Below are positions 26,029-40,178 of a DNA stretch of 64,000 bases, piece by piece. The stretch covers positions 23,994,001 through 24,058,000 of the forward strand of contig CM068747.1 in NCBI GenBank assembly GCA_035084275.1, given 5' to 3'. A program made the position numbers and the translations under genes. The DNA is from Hydrolagus colliei (taxonomy: Eukaryota). The notes under the pieces are model-generated. The model saw only the letters and a program-made list of their open reading frames with translations, did not search any database and was not told where the DNA came from. Each line of letters opens with the position of its first letter. The stretch's first letter is position 1.

Positions 26029-26378
26029 TCACAACACTGAGCTTGGAGTTGGTGTTGAGCTGTGTGCAGTGGGGGAAGGCAACGGCGAGGCAGTGTCCGA
26101 CTTATCCGAACTCTCTCCGGATGGTGAGTCCTGGTTACAGCCCAGAGAAGCCAGACTGGCCAGCAGACCTTCTCTCTCCCTCTTCTTCTGTTTCATTCTG
26201 CGGTTCTGGAACCAAATCTTCACCTGTGTCTCGTTGAGTTGAAGCGCGTTTGCTATCTCCACGCGGCGGGCTCGAGTCAAATACTTATTAAAGTGGAATT
26301 CCTTCTCCAGTTCGGTGAGCTGTTTGGTGGTGAAATTAGTGCGGACTGTGCTGGCAATCCCATATTCGGCTGTTTTCG
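26029..26378 (-). CDS. HOXD1: HoxD1 exon 2 (homeodomain)
   Basis: Acceptor ttattttgtag|CG; [60 protein letters not shown] is a paralogue-group-1 homeodomain. Joined with exon 1 the CDS is 951 nt (316 aa). Confidence 0.95.
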
Positions 26379-26805
26379 CTACAAAATAAGAAACAAAAAG
26401 AAACACAAGTTATAAAAGTGTTGTTGAGTGGGAACCAGACAAGTTTCACTCTTTACCATCACTATGCTATTATCAATCAGATATTGGGATCTACACATAA
26501 CAACACACGACTCAGTCCTCATCGTTACTTCCAAACGATAAGAGCACCACCAATAGTGCATCAAACCACAGGCAAGATACGGGTTCCACTAACTACCTCC
26601 ATTCACCCCCACATCATTTCAACATCATGGCATTGTGCTGATGAACGAGTTAATGCCCCCCCCCCCCCCCCCCCCCCAACACACACACACACACTCCCTA
26701 AATTTACAACCTAGAAACAGGCGTTCTCTGCAAACACAGGTTTACAGTTCCGGTGTGGAACGAGCTCTCTTAAACACAGGTCAGGAAACGGGAGACGAGG
26801 CTGAC

Positions 26806-27406
26806 CTGTTTTAGAATGATTCCGCTTCACTTTCATCCACTCGAACGTGTTTGCAGTGGCGGCACCTCTCCCTGTGGTGGGGGATTCCGGCCCCTGGTGA
26901 AAGCTGCCCTCAGACGGGGAGAGGCTCTGGTAATGTCCCGTGTAAAAGTTCGGGTACTCCTTGCCATAGGTTGGATATTGTCCCTGGTCGCCGAGTGAGA
27001 TGCTGTATTCCTGTTGGCGTTCAGTGAGCGGAAAAGATGCGTTTCCTGAGTAAACCGAGGTCGCGTAGGGGACCAAATCTCCACTGTCATCCAACTCCTG
27101 ATTAGCAGCCAAAGGAAAATCGTAGCCCAAATTACTCAGGGACAGGAGGTTGACGTCGACGGGTGCAGCGGAGTCGTAGGGCAGGTCGAGGCTGGGAGGC
27201 ACCGGCTGGTGCAGGTGATGGCGGTGATGATGATGATGATGATGAAGGTGGTGATGATGGCCGGGAGATGGATGATCACTTGTGGCTCCACCTGCGAAAC
27301 GGCGACCTTCTCTGGAGCACTGCTGAGGGGGGCCACTGCTGGGGCCAAACTTGGGTGGAAGAGTCAAAATATCCGCAGTGGAAACGTATTCCAGGTAAGA
27401 GTTCAT
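26806..27406 (-). CDS. HOXD1: HoxD1 exon 1
   Basis: MNSYLEYVS N-terminus, TFEWMKVKRN hexapeptide region (D1 type; A1 and B1 have TFDWM), donor ACAG|gtcag in phase 1; last Hox gene before MTX2. Confidence 0.95.
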
Positions 27407-27527
27407 CCTTCAACCGGGCGGCTGGGTGTGTGTCTCTGGTTTGATTGCTGTCTGATCTCCCTGATCACCATAGCAGACCTTTTACTCAAAAGAGGAAGTA
27501 AATATTCCTAATATAGTGTAGGGAGGA

Positions 27528-27549
27528 CACGTGGTGACGCCTGTCCAAT
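27528..27549 (-). promoter_or_regulatory. HoxD1 proximal promoter E-box + CCAAT module
   Basis: CACGTG at 27528-27533, an 11-nt gap, CCAAT at 27545-27549. Confidence 0.55.
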
Positions 27550-30500
27550 TATAGCTGTCCTATCCAGTCCTGTTACATGGCGTCTGGAGAGCCACACCAA
27601 GCAACAGAGAGGAGTAAACCTCCACTTTACTCACCTTCCATTTGCGATTATCACACGAAGCCCACTCGGAAGCTTCCTCCCTAAAAACCTTCCTCAAACT
27701 GCGAACGATACCCACAGAGCAAATTCAAAGGTAGGAGTTCCCTTTTTTCTACACACACACACACACACAGCCTGGAATGTATGCAGTTCGCTTCCCTGGC
27801 TGAGTAACACAGACTCGAGTTGTCTGTCTGATGGTGATTCCGGAAGAATGAATGCAAGTCTGTTTGCGGTGCTGTTTCTCTGATATTGAGGATCATTACA
27901 CCCCGGTAAAAGCGTGACCTCCGTGAGTGTTTCATTGGTCTGTCTGCGCAATGGCATAAGATGAATGAATTGTTATAGCCACAATACAGTAGTAACAAAT
28001 CCCAAAACGTGCAGAATGCAGAGTGGATGTCAGAAAGCAAGATCATTAATTGAACTGGTATCCAAAGGTGAATGTCTGACACTGTACTCGGTAGTTTTGT
28101 GCATAACATGGGAATTTTGTTAAATATGTATACAGTGTATACTAATGTTTGATTGTGTGGTTTCTGATGTTTGCCTCGTCTAAAATCAGGAGTGTTGTCT
28201 CTGCGTTAAGATGACTGTTAAACAGACGTTCATGTTTACAAAAGCAACTATCTTCTGAGTGTTTCATTGGAATGTCACCGGGGCCTGTGAGGATTGTATT
28301 CTGTTGTCTGATCGTGCAGACAATTGACGCAGGCAGGGGCAAGTATCCTTGTGGAAGAAACAGTCACCGTTTGGTCTGTAATAGTGGTTAACCTTTGGAG
28401 GATTGTGGACAGGCAATACTTTAATTAGATTCAGAAATGTCAAACACTGATGAAGGATTATTTCCCCGGATAGTACTGTACGGTGTTAATTCTGCAGTCC
28501 TCCACATGCCGCACTACATTCGCTGCTCTTACTGTGATATGCGTGTTCCTTCGGTGATATGTTAGCAGACGTGTCTGATTGCTGTTAATGGAGATGTAAA
28601 CACACTACAGTACTGTAATTCCTGTAGGTCGAAAGACGATTTCGTACAAGCGCATTTAAGAACCGAGCGGGCAAACTGTGACAGTGGTCTGGCGGAATTC
28701 TAACAAAGCACACTTCTTATAAATATGAGAACTGTCCGATTCATTTACTTTGAGGTGTTCCATAATATTATTGTATCTTGGTGCATTTCCATGGTACTTA
28801 GCGGAGTGGAAATCATTCACCTGGCGAGGCACTCATTAGCAAAGCTGTAACTCAATAACAGACTGTTGATTTGTAGCACGTACAGCACTTGGAGGAACAG
28901 ACTCTTCTTGATCGCCAGGGGCGGTGTGCAGTCTAATTCATATCAGGAGCTCTTTAAATACATTACCTTAGGCATTTGTTAACATGGACACCAAATAGAA
29001 TTACTGTAGTCTGAAAAGCATTTCTGAAATTATATAAACGGGCGGTGGAATATTTAATTGGTTTCCAGCGTCCAGGACGTGTCTGTGTACAGGTCTATCT
29101 CTGTGCCTGTCTTGTTGCCAATCTATCCACCCCATATGTGACTTTAAACTGACTAGCAACTGTATTTACCTCGGAGGAACTGGGTATGTAATAACGTTTG
29201 CCTTTTTTTTGCTTTCTTTGTTTGTGTAAAAGGACATCTCATAAAAGCATTTCTCATCCACAGTGTTGTCGGCAAGTTTTATGTGATTCTTGGAGAAACT
29301 GCGCTATGTATAATTCAAGGGGAAGTGAGTTGAAGGCCTTTGAAGGCGTATAGTTGCCACGGGATTTGCAAATTACTAAATTCCTGCATATACAATTCAG
29401 CATATGCATCGCACCCTCCCAATCACTTCACACTCTTGACTTCCACAACTTTTACCAAAAGGCCATTGTAATTTGTCCTTCTTTTAAAACTCATTTCAAA
29501 GCACGAATGGCAATGTTGCAATAACTGTGCAGACCATCATTTAATTGATACATGGACTATTTACTCAACAATTGCCAATAATCAATTGGATTGTTCCCCC
29601 AGTTCACAGTATGTTTTTTTTCCTAAAGTTAATATCCATTGGTTGCAGTCAGGCTGACTACTATATTATCATTCGCAACTTCAAAAGGCAACATTGCGTT
29701 GTTAGTGCTTCCTGTATTTAAATTCGCCACTATATAGACCAGTGTTGACTACATACAACACATGTAATATTTGATTGCGTGATCAAATTTGCTGGAATCA
29801 TTGTAGAAATATACGCCTGTTTATCGATCTTAATAATTTAATGATTGCAAAAATGTATCGTTGTTATTTGCAGGCAAAAGTTGAATTTAAACAAAATGTT
29901 ACACCCACTGATATGAAAAAATAGGCTACTTTAATCAGTTTTAACACGGAAAAGGCTGAAACCGCTATGCACGCCATGTCATAAACCTAATTTCTTCCAT
30001 CTCAATATTGTATGCAAGAGAGTAAATTATATTGGAAAATTGACTTCTTTTGACCTGCCATGCATACTAAGTTAGTTTCCAGGTCAAAATGGACAAAAAG
30101 GGTACCAAAGGGGGTTATTTGAAGAAGCCTGGATACTTCTACGAATTCTTCCTTAATAAAGTCGCATTTCTGTAGATTTTTTTTGAGGAGGTTAAACCCA
30201 CAAATCCATTTATGTCTATAGACAGTTCGGCTGTTCTTGTTTGAGAACCCCCCCACACACACCCCACCCCCCCTCCTTGAAAGTGACTGCAAATAGGTTT
30301 AGAAAATTTAAGTGGTTTAACGTGGGTGGCTTGGGCTTCGAGTGCAATAAAACGCTAACAGTTATGAAGCGTTTCACTTTTGCACAATACAGCAGCAACA
30401 ACAAAACAACAGTGTACTTTGCGGGACATTTGAGGAGAAGACCGCAGACCTGCCTTTGTAAATAGGGTAGACACGGCTGTTGCATGTGGAGAGCTTCCCA

Positions 30501-33500
30501 ACACCAGAGCGTTATACAACGCTTTAAAGAGCGTCGCACTTTCTCATGCTTAAGTCGGTAAAATCATACAGATTTATGCGATGGCAGGTTGCCAGGAGTC
30601 TAATTTGACGCGGTAGGGTTACTCTGTCAGTTACTCGGCCAACTAGCTTAGAGGCAAGTAATCGGCAGAGCTTTTCAGTAAGGACTCCACTCATCGTTTG
30701 CTCGGGGGCTTGTACCTGGGCCATATGTATTGTGTTAGCTTTATCTGTAAACAATTTTCCGCACACTTTCCCGCTCACGTTCGTCCAAAACCATGTAAAA
30801 AGGGGACTGAACGTGGTGTCTTTTAGGTTGCATTCCACCCATTCCAGAACAACTGAATGGAAGGGAATGGAGCCAATTGCCAAACCCATATAGTCAGCCA
30901 AGTGCTGGTCATAGCTGCTTTGCATTTCACTAACTGCCAATAACTCCACAATTACCAGCGCTAGCCGTGTTTATAGAAAGATAACAAGATTTATATGATT
31001 AATGTTCTCAATTAATGTGTCGTGTTTTACGAGCTGTGTCACGTTTTGCACAGGGCCAGTCCAGTATGTTGGTTTGTGCACACCAGAGTGCAAACTCTGT
31101 ACAAAGTAAAGTGCAGGGATGCACTTCCAATGGCATTTACCCTCCACAAGCCGGTGGATTTTGGTGGAGACGAAATTCAAGATTGAAATGTATGTATTTT
31201 ATTCACCATAGTTTCCAATAAATGTGCATTATGGGCGCTTGTTTTTTTTAAAAAAAGCTTAATGTAAATAACCCAAGCACTACAGGGGAAAAAAAAGTCA
31301 CACTTTACTTTAATTTGCGCACAACTAACTTTCTCGACTGAGCCATGATGATGTTTTTTTGTTGCCCTTGAAAAGTTTTACCCTCTCTTTAACGAGCGGT
31401 AACGAGGGATAGCATTTAGTCCCAGATTTCGCGTAGCTTGTTCCTACAGACTGATTCGCCTGCGCTGTGATTAGACTGTTGTGTTATTCGTTTTCACATT
31501 TGTCCACTTTGTCAGCGGTTGCTGGAGGGATCCCAGCTGGCCTTGGCTGCTTTAGAGAAGGAGGAACCGCTGTCGAGGGAAAAGTGCAGATTTCATGATT
31601 GATGAACTCTTAACAATGCCCCGCTGACAGCCCTGCATCCAGCCAGGGCTCCCAAGTCTCTCAGCACAACTGCTCGTTTGCCGGAGACTTGTTACAAATC
31701 CCGATATTAACCTTTCTTTTCACTTGCAATTGTATTTTTCTTTAACAGCCCTCGTGTTTTGCAAAATAAACGGAAACGCCAGTTGTGCGCATAATAGCCA
31801 GTTGCCCTCATAAACTTGAAATATGATGGTTGATATTTTCTTTCGGCCACGTGATCGTTTTGGTCCACACAGGGAATCCTCCACAACTGTTGTTTATTAT
31901 CTGGACAAGCTCTCGTAAAATCCGCCCTTTTGTTTTGAAATGCATACATTATGCTTACGGGGAGTGGGGGCGCGGGGTGGGGGGGGGGGGGGGGGTGGGG
32001 GGGGGGAGGCACCCTAATCTTACATTAACAGTAAGTCAGTAAGTAAATCCTTGAATCAAACTCATCAGTTTAGAATGATTCCCTTATGTGCTAATATTCT
32101 AATCGAAACAGACACAACGTAAACAGTTAAAAACAGAAACATAAATAATTAAATGGCAGCGATTTTTAAAAAATGGTGTTATTATGTCCATATCTGAAGT
32201 TTGGTGGAGGGGGGTTTCAGTACAAACATTCACAGGTAATGAATTGCCTGCAGATATTTCGTGATTTATTCCGAATTTGTCGCCTCCATTGGTATTGGAT
32301 GGTCTATTATAAGAATTGGAAGAGTTTCATATAAAAGAAACGCCCAAGTTGACCAACATATTCGGTATAACAGCAAATCATACACCGTTTGATCCTTAGA
32401 GCATATTGCATCAGATTTGGAACCAACAAATATTGTTGCTTCAAACAACTCTGCATTTTTGAAAAAAATCACACACCCAAAATAGGAATTTCAAAAAATT
32501 AAAATATTTATTAACCACTACAAATGTAGGAGATAGTGGAAGAAGCATATCCAAGCGAGGTCCAGCCGCCAACAAAAAAAATGCTGACAGCAAACCGCGT
32601 GGGTGCGTTAATGATTTAAAATCCACTTCTGTTTGTAGCAAAGCACTATTCTGCCTTCACTGCTGGTGCTGACAGATTTAAGCACACGTTTAAAAACACA
32701 AGAAACAGCGCACAATAAAGCAACGTTTGGTTTAGCTGGTGCATTTCTGTCTTGGGACTGTGCTATATTTTATCTTCCATCTCTATACCACATACCAGTA
32801 TTAATACCAAACTCTAAAGAGTTAAACTGATTGGGAGCTCCATGTGAGAAAGTCCAAAGGAATGTTTTCAATTATTTAAAATAATAATATTGCTTGACCA
32901 TTTTGGATACCTTTGCACACCTATGTCTTACAAAGGAGCTTATTATTTTATTGCAGTTAACTTTCTAGAATGGTTCGAATATTTTCAACGTTGTGATAGC
33001 TCGATATGTTTCACTGATGTCAAAACTTCACTTCAAACTTATATTATGTTTTATTATTATTACTACAATATTTCTGGCCTTTTGTTCTCGAACCAACACA
33101 GATCTGTACACAGATCACTTCGCCAAGTTAATCTGCCACATATATTGACACGCTACTGATAGCTTTTAAAATTTAAAATGAAACAAATTTAGAAATAATT
33201 GTTTTAAGCTAACGTTTGAGTTGTTCATTGTAACATTGCACGTCTGTGGAAGCTTCTTGGTTGTGAATTCTGGCATGTGTGGTCAATTATAAATCTTGCT
33301 TCACTCTCTCCCTGTAAATAGGGTCTCCATGCAATTAATCTATTCAGATGGTTTCTCACAAAATGGCGTTCCTGGTGTATTTCTGATTATTGTGAGTGAA
33401 TTTTAACAGTGGTGTTTTTCTGATCAACATTTCGAATAGATTTCAATGACGTTCAAGCTCGCTTTGATAAATAAACTAACTATATAATCGGTAACTCTTT

Positions 33501-34110
33501 GTTCGCATTTTCATGTGCATCATATTCGATATTTGAAATACATTTGATGGTTAATAAGAGATAGAAAAAAGACTTCGATGTGACTTTGAAGACTTCAGTT
33601 TAAGTGTTTTCCAAATTACTTTTTTTTAAATAGGCAACGTTGGATCAATTAAAGCTCTAACAATGAAAGGCGATCCAGAAACAAAATTAAAGAAGGTTTA
33701 GAAAATACTCAGAATTACGCTTTCACGTGAAGATAGCTCTTGACTATTGTATAGGTTTGAAATATAAGCAATTCCTAATTTTGGTATCACGGAGGATATG
33801 TGTGTTCTGTTCTGTTGGCTACTGGCTAAAATTCTATTTTTATTTTCCAGGAATGAATGTTACTGAAACGAGATTGTTTGGACGAAAAAAATCGATATAT
33901 CTGAAGATTCCCAACCGAATCGGAATAGACACGCTCAACTAAAATGCCTATTTTGTTTAAAAAAACATTAACTTTTGCCGTGCATATTTTTTCATATTAA
34001 CAGTTGTTACACCAACTTTGTATAAAAATGTATTATAAGACGTGTCTTTTAGCTCGTTGAAAAAATCTGTACTTGTTCGACATTATTTAAAATAAAATAG
34101 TGAAAATACT

Positions 34111-34116
34111 TTTATT
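34111..34116 (-). terminator. Candidate HoxD2 polyadenylation signal
   Basis: AATAAA on the minus strand about 250 nt after the stop codon. Confidence 0.4.
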
Positions 34117-34365
34117 TCTTGCATCATATCAATTCGATGAAAAACCGTTCAGTTTCATTTTTAGCAAACCCAGTCCCTTTAAATGCATTCCCACAGATGC
34201 CAAAGTCTATGCGAGGACTTTTCCAACCTGTTCGTACAATTGTTGAAAGTAACACACATTAGGGGGCGTAAAATGGTGTGTGTGGGGGTGGGGGGGGGGG
34301 GGGCAGGGGGGGGGGGGGCAGGGGGGGGGGGGGGGGGGCGGGAGAGAGAGAGAAATAATCCGACT

Positions 34366-35117
34366 TTAAAACTGTAGCTGCTGAAAATCTGTGGAGCCAA
34401 AATTGTCACTTAAAAAGTCAAACGCATTGGATGGTATAACCAGCGATTCCTCGTTTCCCAGCAAAGATATTTGCGGCAATTCCTCTATCAAATCTAGACG
34501 AGGTTCAATTGTAATTGTCTCTAAATCCTCCAGAGAAGGAAGGCTGAAACTCTCCGGGCTGCTCGGCGTGGTTCCACCAGAACAGTTCTCCAACATGGTG
34601 AGCGAGTAGTCTGTACCATCTGAGGTTTGAGGGAAATAGTGGCTGTGGTTACCCTCGATGTACGATAACGAAGTATCAATCACACTGAGCAGGTCACTGC
34701 TGATTTCATTCAATATGTCTTTATGGTGAGAGTCACCCAGATCTTGCCCAACAAAGTTTTCGGTCTCCAACGAATTCAAAGTTTTATTTACAGGTGTCTC
34801 GCCGGAGTTCTTTGTGGGAAATCCACTTTGATTCAACGCGGGGGTGTTAAAATGACGCTTGCAGTCATAGTTTTGGCTCTGCTTGAATCGAGACTGTCTC
34901 TTGTGTTTCATGCGCCTGTTCTGAAACCAGACCTTGACTTGCCTTTCTGTTAAATCGAGTAGGGCTGCGATTTCTACTCTCCGAGGTCTACAGAGGTATC
35001 TATTGTAATGGAACTCTTTTTCCAGCTCCAACAGCTGTGTGTTAGTGTAAGTGGTTCGTAGCCTCCTAGAGCTGTCAAAGGGACCGCCATTGTCTGTTTC
35101 ATTAAGCTCTTCGTTTT
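34366..35117 (-). CDS. HOXD2: HoxD2 exon 2 (homeodomain)
   Basis: Acceptor ccttcgatacag|AA; [58 protein letters not shown] is a PG2 homeodomain. Joined CDS is 1098 nt (365 aa) with no internal stop. Confidence 0.93.
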
Positions 35118-35551
35118 CTGTATCGAAGGGGAGGGTGGTGGGGGGGAAAGTTTTAATAAGTTACAACGGTATTTTCTTAATAAGCTAGTGGTATAAAATG
35201 GCCGCCACTCACACACAAAAGATACTGTTTAAGCAAAACACTGGCCCAAGCAAAGCAACGGAAAAGGTGATGCAGATAAATTATTCGCCATAATCTTGCA
35301 TTTAAAAGGAGTTTAGATTCTTCAAAAACACAGCACGAGGTGTGCTTCAGATTCCGAGCATCTCTTTAACTGTTCATTATCTATGGTTAAGTGCAACGTT
35401 GAGCCTGTGATGGTTATACAGGTAGCTACACCTTTCTGTTAATTCGAGTCGTTGCACGATTTCTAAGATTGTTTTTTTAATGTCCCCCAACACACTGCAC
35501 CACCGCCGGTGACGATACGAAATACTAAAGGAAAAATGAGTTTAACCTGAC

Positions 35552-35897
35552 CTTCATTGGAAGAGCAAGACGAGAATGATCCTGTTGCTGGGGCTGTTTT
35601 TTTCTTATGGTTTTTCTTGTCTCTCATCCACGGATATTCCAGAGGTTTTTCCCCTAACGTGGCCCGGCCAGTGCCTTTTGAAGTGTGGCTTCTCCCATTT
35701 TGCTGTGTGTTACCATGGTCCAGGCTGCAGGAGCTTTGCTCAGAAGGAGGAGGAATCAGTGTCGAATGTGAAAGCGTCGAGTTCTTGATTGATGAACTTT
35801 GAAATGTCTCGCCAACAGGAGGAAAGCAAGTCAGGCACTCGGCAAGCGATGGCTCACTATTGATAAAGCCAACCTCTCGCTCAAACTCGTTGTTCAT
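35552..35897 (-). CDS. HOXD2: HoxD2 exon 1
   Basis: MNNEFEREVGFINSEPSLAECLT is a PG2 N-terminus; EYPWM hexapeptide; donor GAAG|gtcag in phase 1; lies between HoxD1 and HoxD3. Confidence 0.93.
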
Positions 35898-36078
35898 TTC
35901 TGCCAGGGCAGAATCGGTAGAAAATTGGCTTATTTGACAACTTTCTTTGAAAAAAAATGTATATTTATATATATATATATTTAAAGTACTGATTACAAAC
36001 GCTTAGGGACAGTGCTATTATTAAACTATGTCCATTGAATACACAGACACGATGTTGAGATGAGGCTGATTTTATCGT

Positions 36079-36099
36079 CACATGATCACCCTAACCAAT
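36079..36099 (-). promoter_or_regulatory. HoxD2 proximal promoter E-box + CCAAT module
   Basis: gtCACATGa with core at 36079-36084, a 10-nt gap, CCAAT at 36095-36099. Confidence 0.55.
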
Positions 36100-36981
36100 G
36101 ACAAGAGTGGGAATAAGGCTGGCTTTCTGAATGATTCTGAAATAAAATGTGGAAAGGTGCGTTGCAGTGTTTCCATCTTTCCTCGCAGATCATGTCCAGA
36201 ACACCAGCCGGGGACTAGCAAATATTTGAGGCTTTGTGGAGTATGATACATGTAAGGTTGCGAAACATACAAGAGCATTCTGCGTTGGCGGCTCTATTAT
36301 TGAGAATAAAACAACAATCAGGAGGTTAGATGATTGCTGCCCAGAAATAACACGCAGCTCAGTGTAATAAACTACAACTCAATTAATCCTCGGGAGTTGT
36401 GACAATCGGCACAAGCCTTGTCCGCACAGAAGAATTAACACAAGCTGTGGGGAGAGCTAACGCCCTGGCCTGTGGAGCAGGCAGTCAGGCCCAATGCCAA
36501 ATTGGACAGAGTCACTGACACTGAATTCCTTCATTCCGCCATGTAAATATTTAGGATGTTTTCAAAATGTCTATTTTTTTTTGCTTAGTTTTTTTCCTCT
36601 TTCTATTGACTATTCTTAGATGGAGTAAGTAGCGTCTAACCCATTCCATCTGGAGGAGAGCTCTCAGCATAGAATGCCTTGTTATTCATATGCACTGTTG
36701 TATTTTCCAAGTTTATCAACACCCAGAAGCCATATATTTATATCCTCCTAAAAAGGCCTTTAAACATCTTACTGATTCTCTGCGAAAACAGCTGTTGTAA
36801 CTTATGAACTTTCAACATTTAATAGCCACGTTTTGTATGTTAATTGATTTTTTTTAAAAAGAGCCCACGGGCTGCAGATTCTGTAATATGTTCTTGGCAA
36901 ATTAGGCATCACAATGTTTGATACTTTTATCGCAAACAGAGAAACAAATAAAACATTTTTAAAAGCAGTTCAATTAGAGTG

Positions 36982-37038
36982 TGGCATTTTCTGTGTGTGT
37001 GTGTGTGTGTTGTGTGTGTGTGTTTTGTGTGTGTGTGT
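36982..37038. repeat. Interrupted (GT)n microsatellite
   Basis: Directly visible. Confidence 0.9.
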
Positions 37039-38497
37039 ATTGTTTAGCTAAACTCGATTTGGTGGGCACGCACCCAGGAGCTATATTTTTCTTTTTAGAA
37101 TGCATGTGTGGGAGTTCTTGTTCTCTAGCTTTCACTTTGCCTGTAAAGACAACAATTTGCATTCTTTAATATGTGGGTGGCATGCTAACAAAACAAGAAC
37201 CTCTGGATCTCTTTCAAGCATTGGTGTCAATTAACGAGGACATAAACTTATGAGCTGCGTTTAGCCGTACACTCTGGGATTCTAAAGTACACGCACATTG
37301 ATGCACTATAATGCAAATGTCAGAAAGGTTAGCATAAATAAAATAGAAAGAAGGAGAGGTTCTTTGGATGCGTTCTAGGAAACTTGCTGTGTAGTGGGAG
37401 TCAGAGGGCATTAAACTGGGTTATCATATCATCATCATAATAATAATGCTATCATATCATCTGGGCGCTTGGCACCAGCCTCTAACCCTTCAACACAAAG
37501 CAAGTGGATTGTGATGTGTAGTTCTTCGTCAAAGCGCCGACGTTTTGAAGCGATACATGTCTTCTGAGATTTTAAAAACAAATCTCTCCCTCTTTTAAGA
37601 TAAGCTGTTGGCGGAGCTCGGTCTGCTCTGCTCATTTGTTTGTCGACCAAAATGGCGTCGCGTGGGACGAGTTTGCGAATTGCTGCTGTGAAGATTATTG
37701 TGGCTCGTTTCTTGACCCCAAAGATTCATCATCTTCTTGTCTGAAAGCACCCGGTCTATTCCACCGCGTTTAGTCTCTCCCTCTCTCTCTCTGCCTCACA
37801 GTCAACACAGTCTGCCAGATATTCATATCGACATCGTGTGTAATATAACGGTAATAGACACCGAGGTCTGCCTGTGGATTTATTTCTACGTGTGTAGATA
37901 ATAGCTGTGGACTTGTTCACTTATGTTATATCTTGATTTATGTCTTGTGCACGTTGTAAAAGTCCAACTAAGCTAACCTACCTCCCCCCTCCCCCACCCT
38001 TGAATATATTGTATTCAGAACAGCTTACATACCAATTGCGAGTGTTAAATACTTCAGTATTCTGGGGGAAGACACATATGACGGAAGGTAACTGTAATCA
38101 ATGTACACATTGTTGGATTTTATCCCTTTCCCTTTTATTTATCCCTTCCTGCTTTCCTGTGTCTCCTCTCGTCATCTCCTCAATCCTTTGTCTTTGTCTC
38201 CCGTTTAATGTTGTGGCTGTCTGCCCCTTAACTCCTTACAGTCCAGATTCACATTGCATTGCTTTGTTCATAACCAACCTTCATCAGGATGAGTTTAATT
38301 TTGCACATTGAGAAAATAATATAGATATATATTTTTAAATGTTGCACATACATTTTAGACGAGCTTTGCTGAATGGCTCCATAAGCCAACAGTCAGCCTG
38401 TATTGTGTTAATGACAAGTGAGGAGACAAGATGGCGAAGCATACAGCTCGTGCAATATTAGTAAATAAAGGCTACAGGTTTGTTCAAAGAACAGATT

Positions 38498-38503
38498 TTT
38501 ATT
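38498..38503 (-). terminator. Candidate HoxD3 polyadenylation signal
   Basis: AATAAA on the minus strand about 0.85 kb after the stop codon. Confidence 0.45.
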
Positions 38504-39344
38504 CTAAATATCTTTCGAAATAGAACCAGACAATTGAAATAAAGTATTCTTATAGAAATGTGTATAGTCTATTGTGTAGTGTCACATTTTCTTTGATTAA
38601 CTACAGTCATAACTTACAAGTTTGCTTTCAGAAATAACCCTTACATAAACTACAAACATCAGCCACTGATACAATTGCTCAAGAAACTATCCTCTCATCT
38701 AGTTTAAACCCAGGTTTACTAAAGAGGAGAAATATGATTGTAACAGACATGGATCAAACAGGTCAAAGTCAGGTTGTATAAGATCTATAAATTTCCACAT
38801 AAATACATTAAGACGAGGATAAATAAGTGATAGAAAAATCTTTTTTGTTTCGAGTTAAAATAATAAATACATATCGTTGACGTTCAATGCAGTTCAATCA
38901 TTACTGAAACGTACAGGTACTGGGTACTGGGTAATAAAACCAGTTTACAGGCAGAATCTCACCAACGTGGGGTGCGTATGGAATCATAGTCTTTCAAAAT
39001 CAATTTAAGAAGAAGCGTTTGCAGACAGCATTACGTCTTACCTTCTTAAGAACCGATTTCAAGTATTTGTTCCTCTATTTGCATTCTGCATTGCACTAGG
39101 ATCATACCGAAGGGAGGGTGGGGGGGGGGGGGGGGGGGGAGGGGGGGGGGAGACAACGGATGGCATAAAGATCCTTAAACAAACACAGAAAAGCAATGTA
39201 ACGGGTAAGAAATGGTGGGTGGGTGGGTGTGTGGACAAATACTGCTGGCAGTCTCAAAGCATGAGAATACTTGATACAAATGAGGTAATATATATATTTT
39301 TAAAAAGCGAGGTGACATCGCTTGGGCAAACCGTGCTGTGTCCA

Positions 39345-40178
<834 letters not shown>

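Noticed and set aside
27163-27511. Antisense ORFs with poly-Asp or poly-Met
   Set aside because: These are shadows of the (CAT)n His codons of HoxD1.
27681-28342. 142-aa and 66-aa ORFs upstream of HoxD1 sharing PMKHS
   Set aside because: The shared motif comes from a short duplicated 14-mer (gagtgtttcattgg). There is no recognisable domain, and the larger ORF runs through a CA microsatellite.
28912-28926. CTCF-like site CGCCAGGGGCGG
   Set aside because: One G short of the core consensus spacing; not supportable without a PWM score or ChIP data.
30524-30949. 141-aa ORF between HoxD1 and HoxD2
   Set aside because: Non-ATG start, no recognisable homology and no supporting splice structure.
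35545-35551. Alternative HoxD2 donor CAG|gttaaa 5 nt downstream
   Set aside because: It would shift the homeodomain exon out of frame.
37050-37680. Krox20-type r3/r5 enhancer upstream of HoxD2
   Set aside because: Only scattered TGTGGG/GCGTGGG partial matches; I could not identify the Hoxa2/Hoxb2 enhancer architecture by eye.
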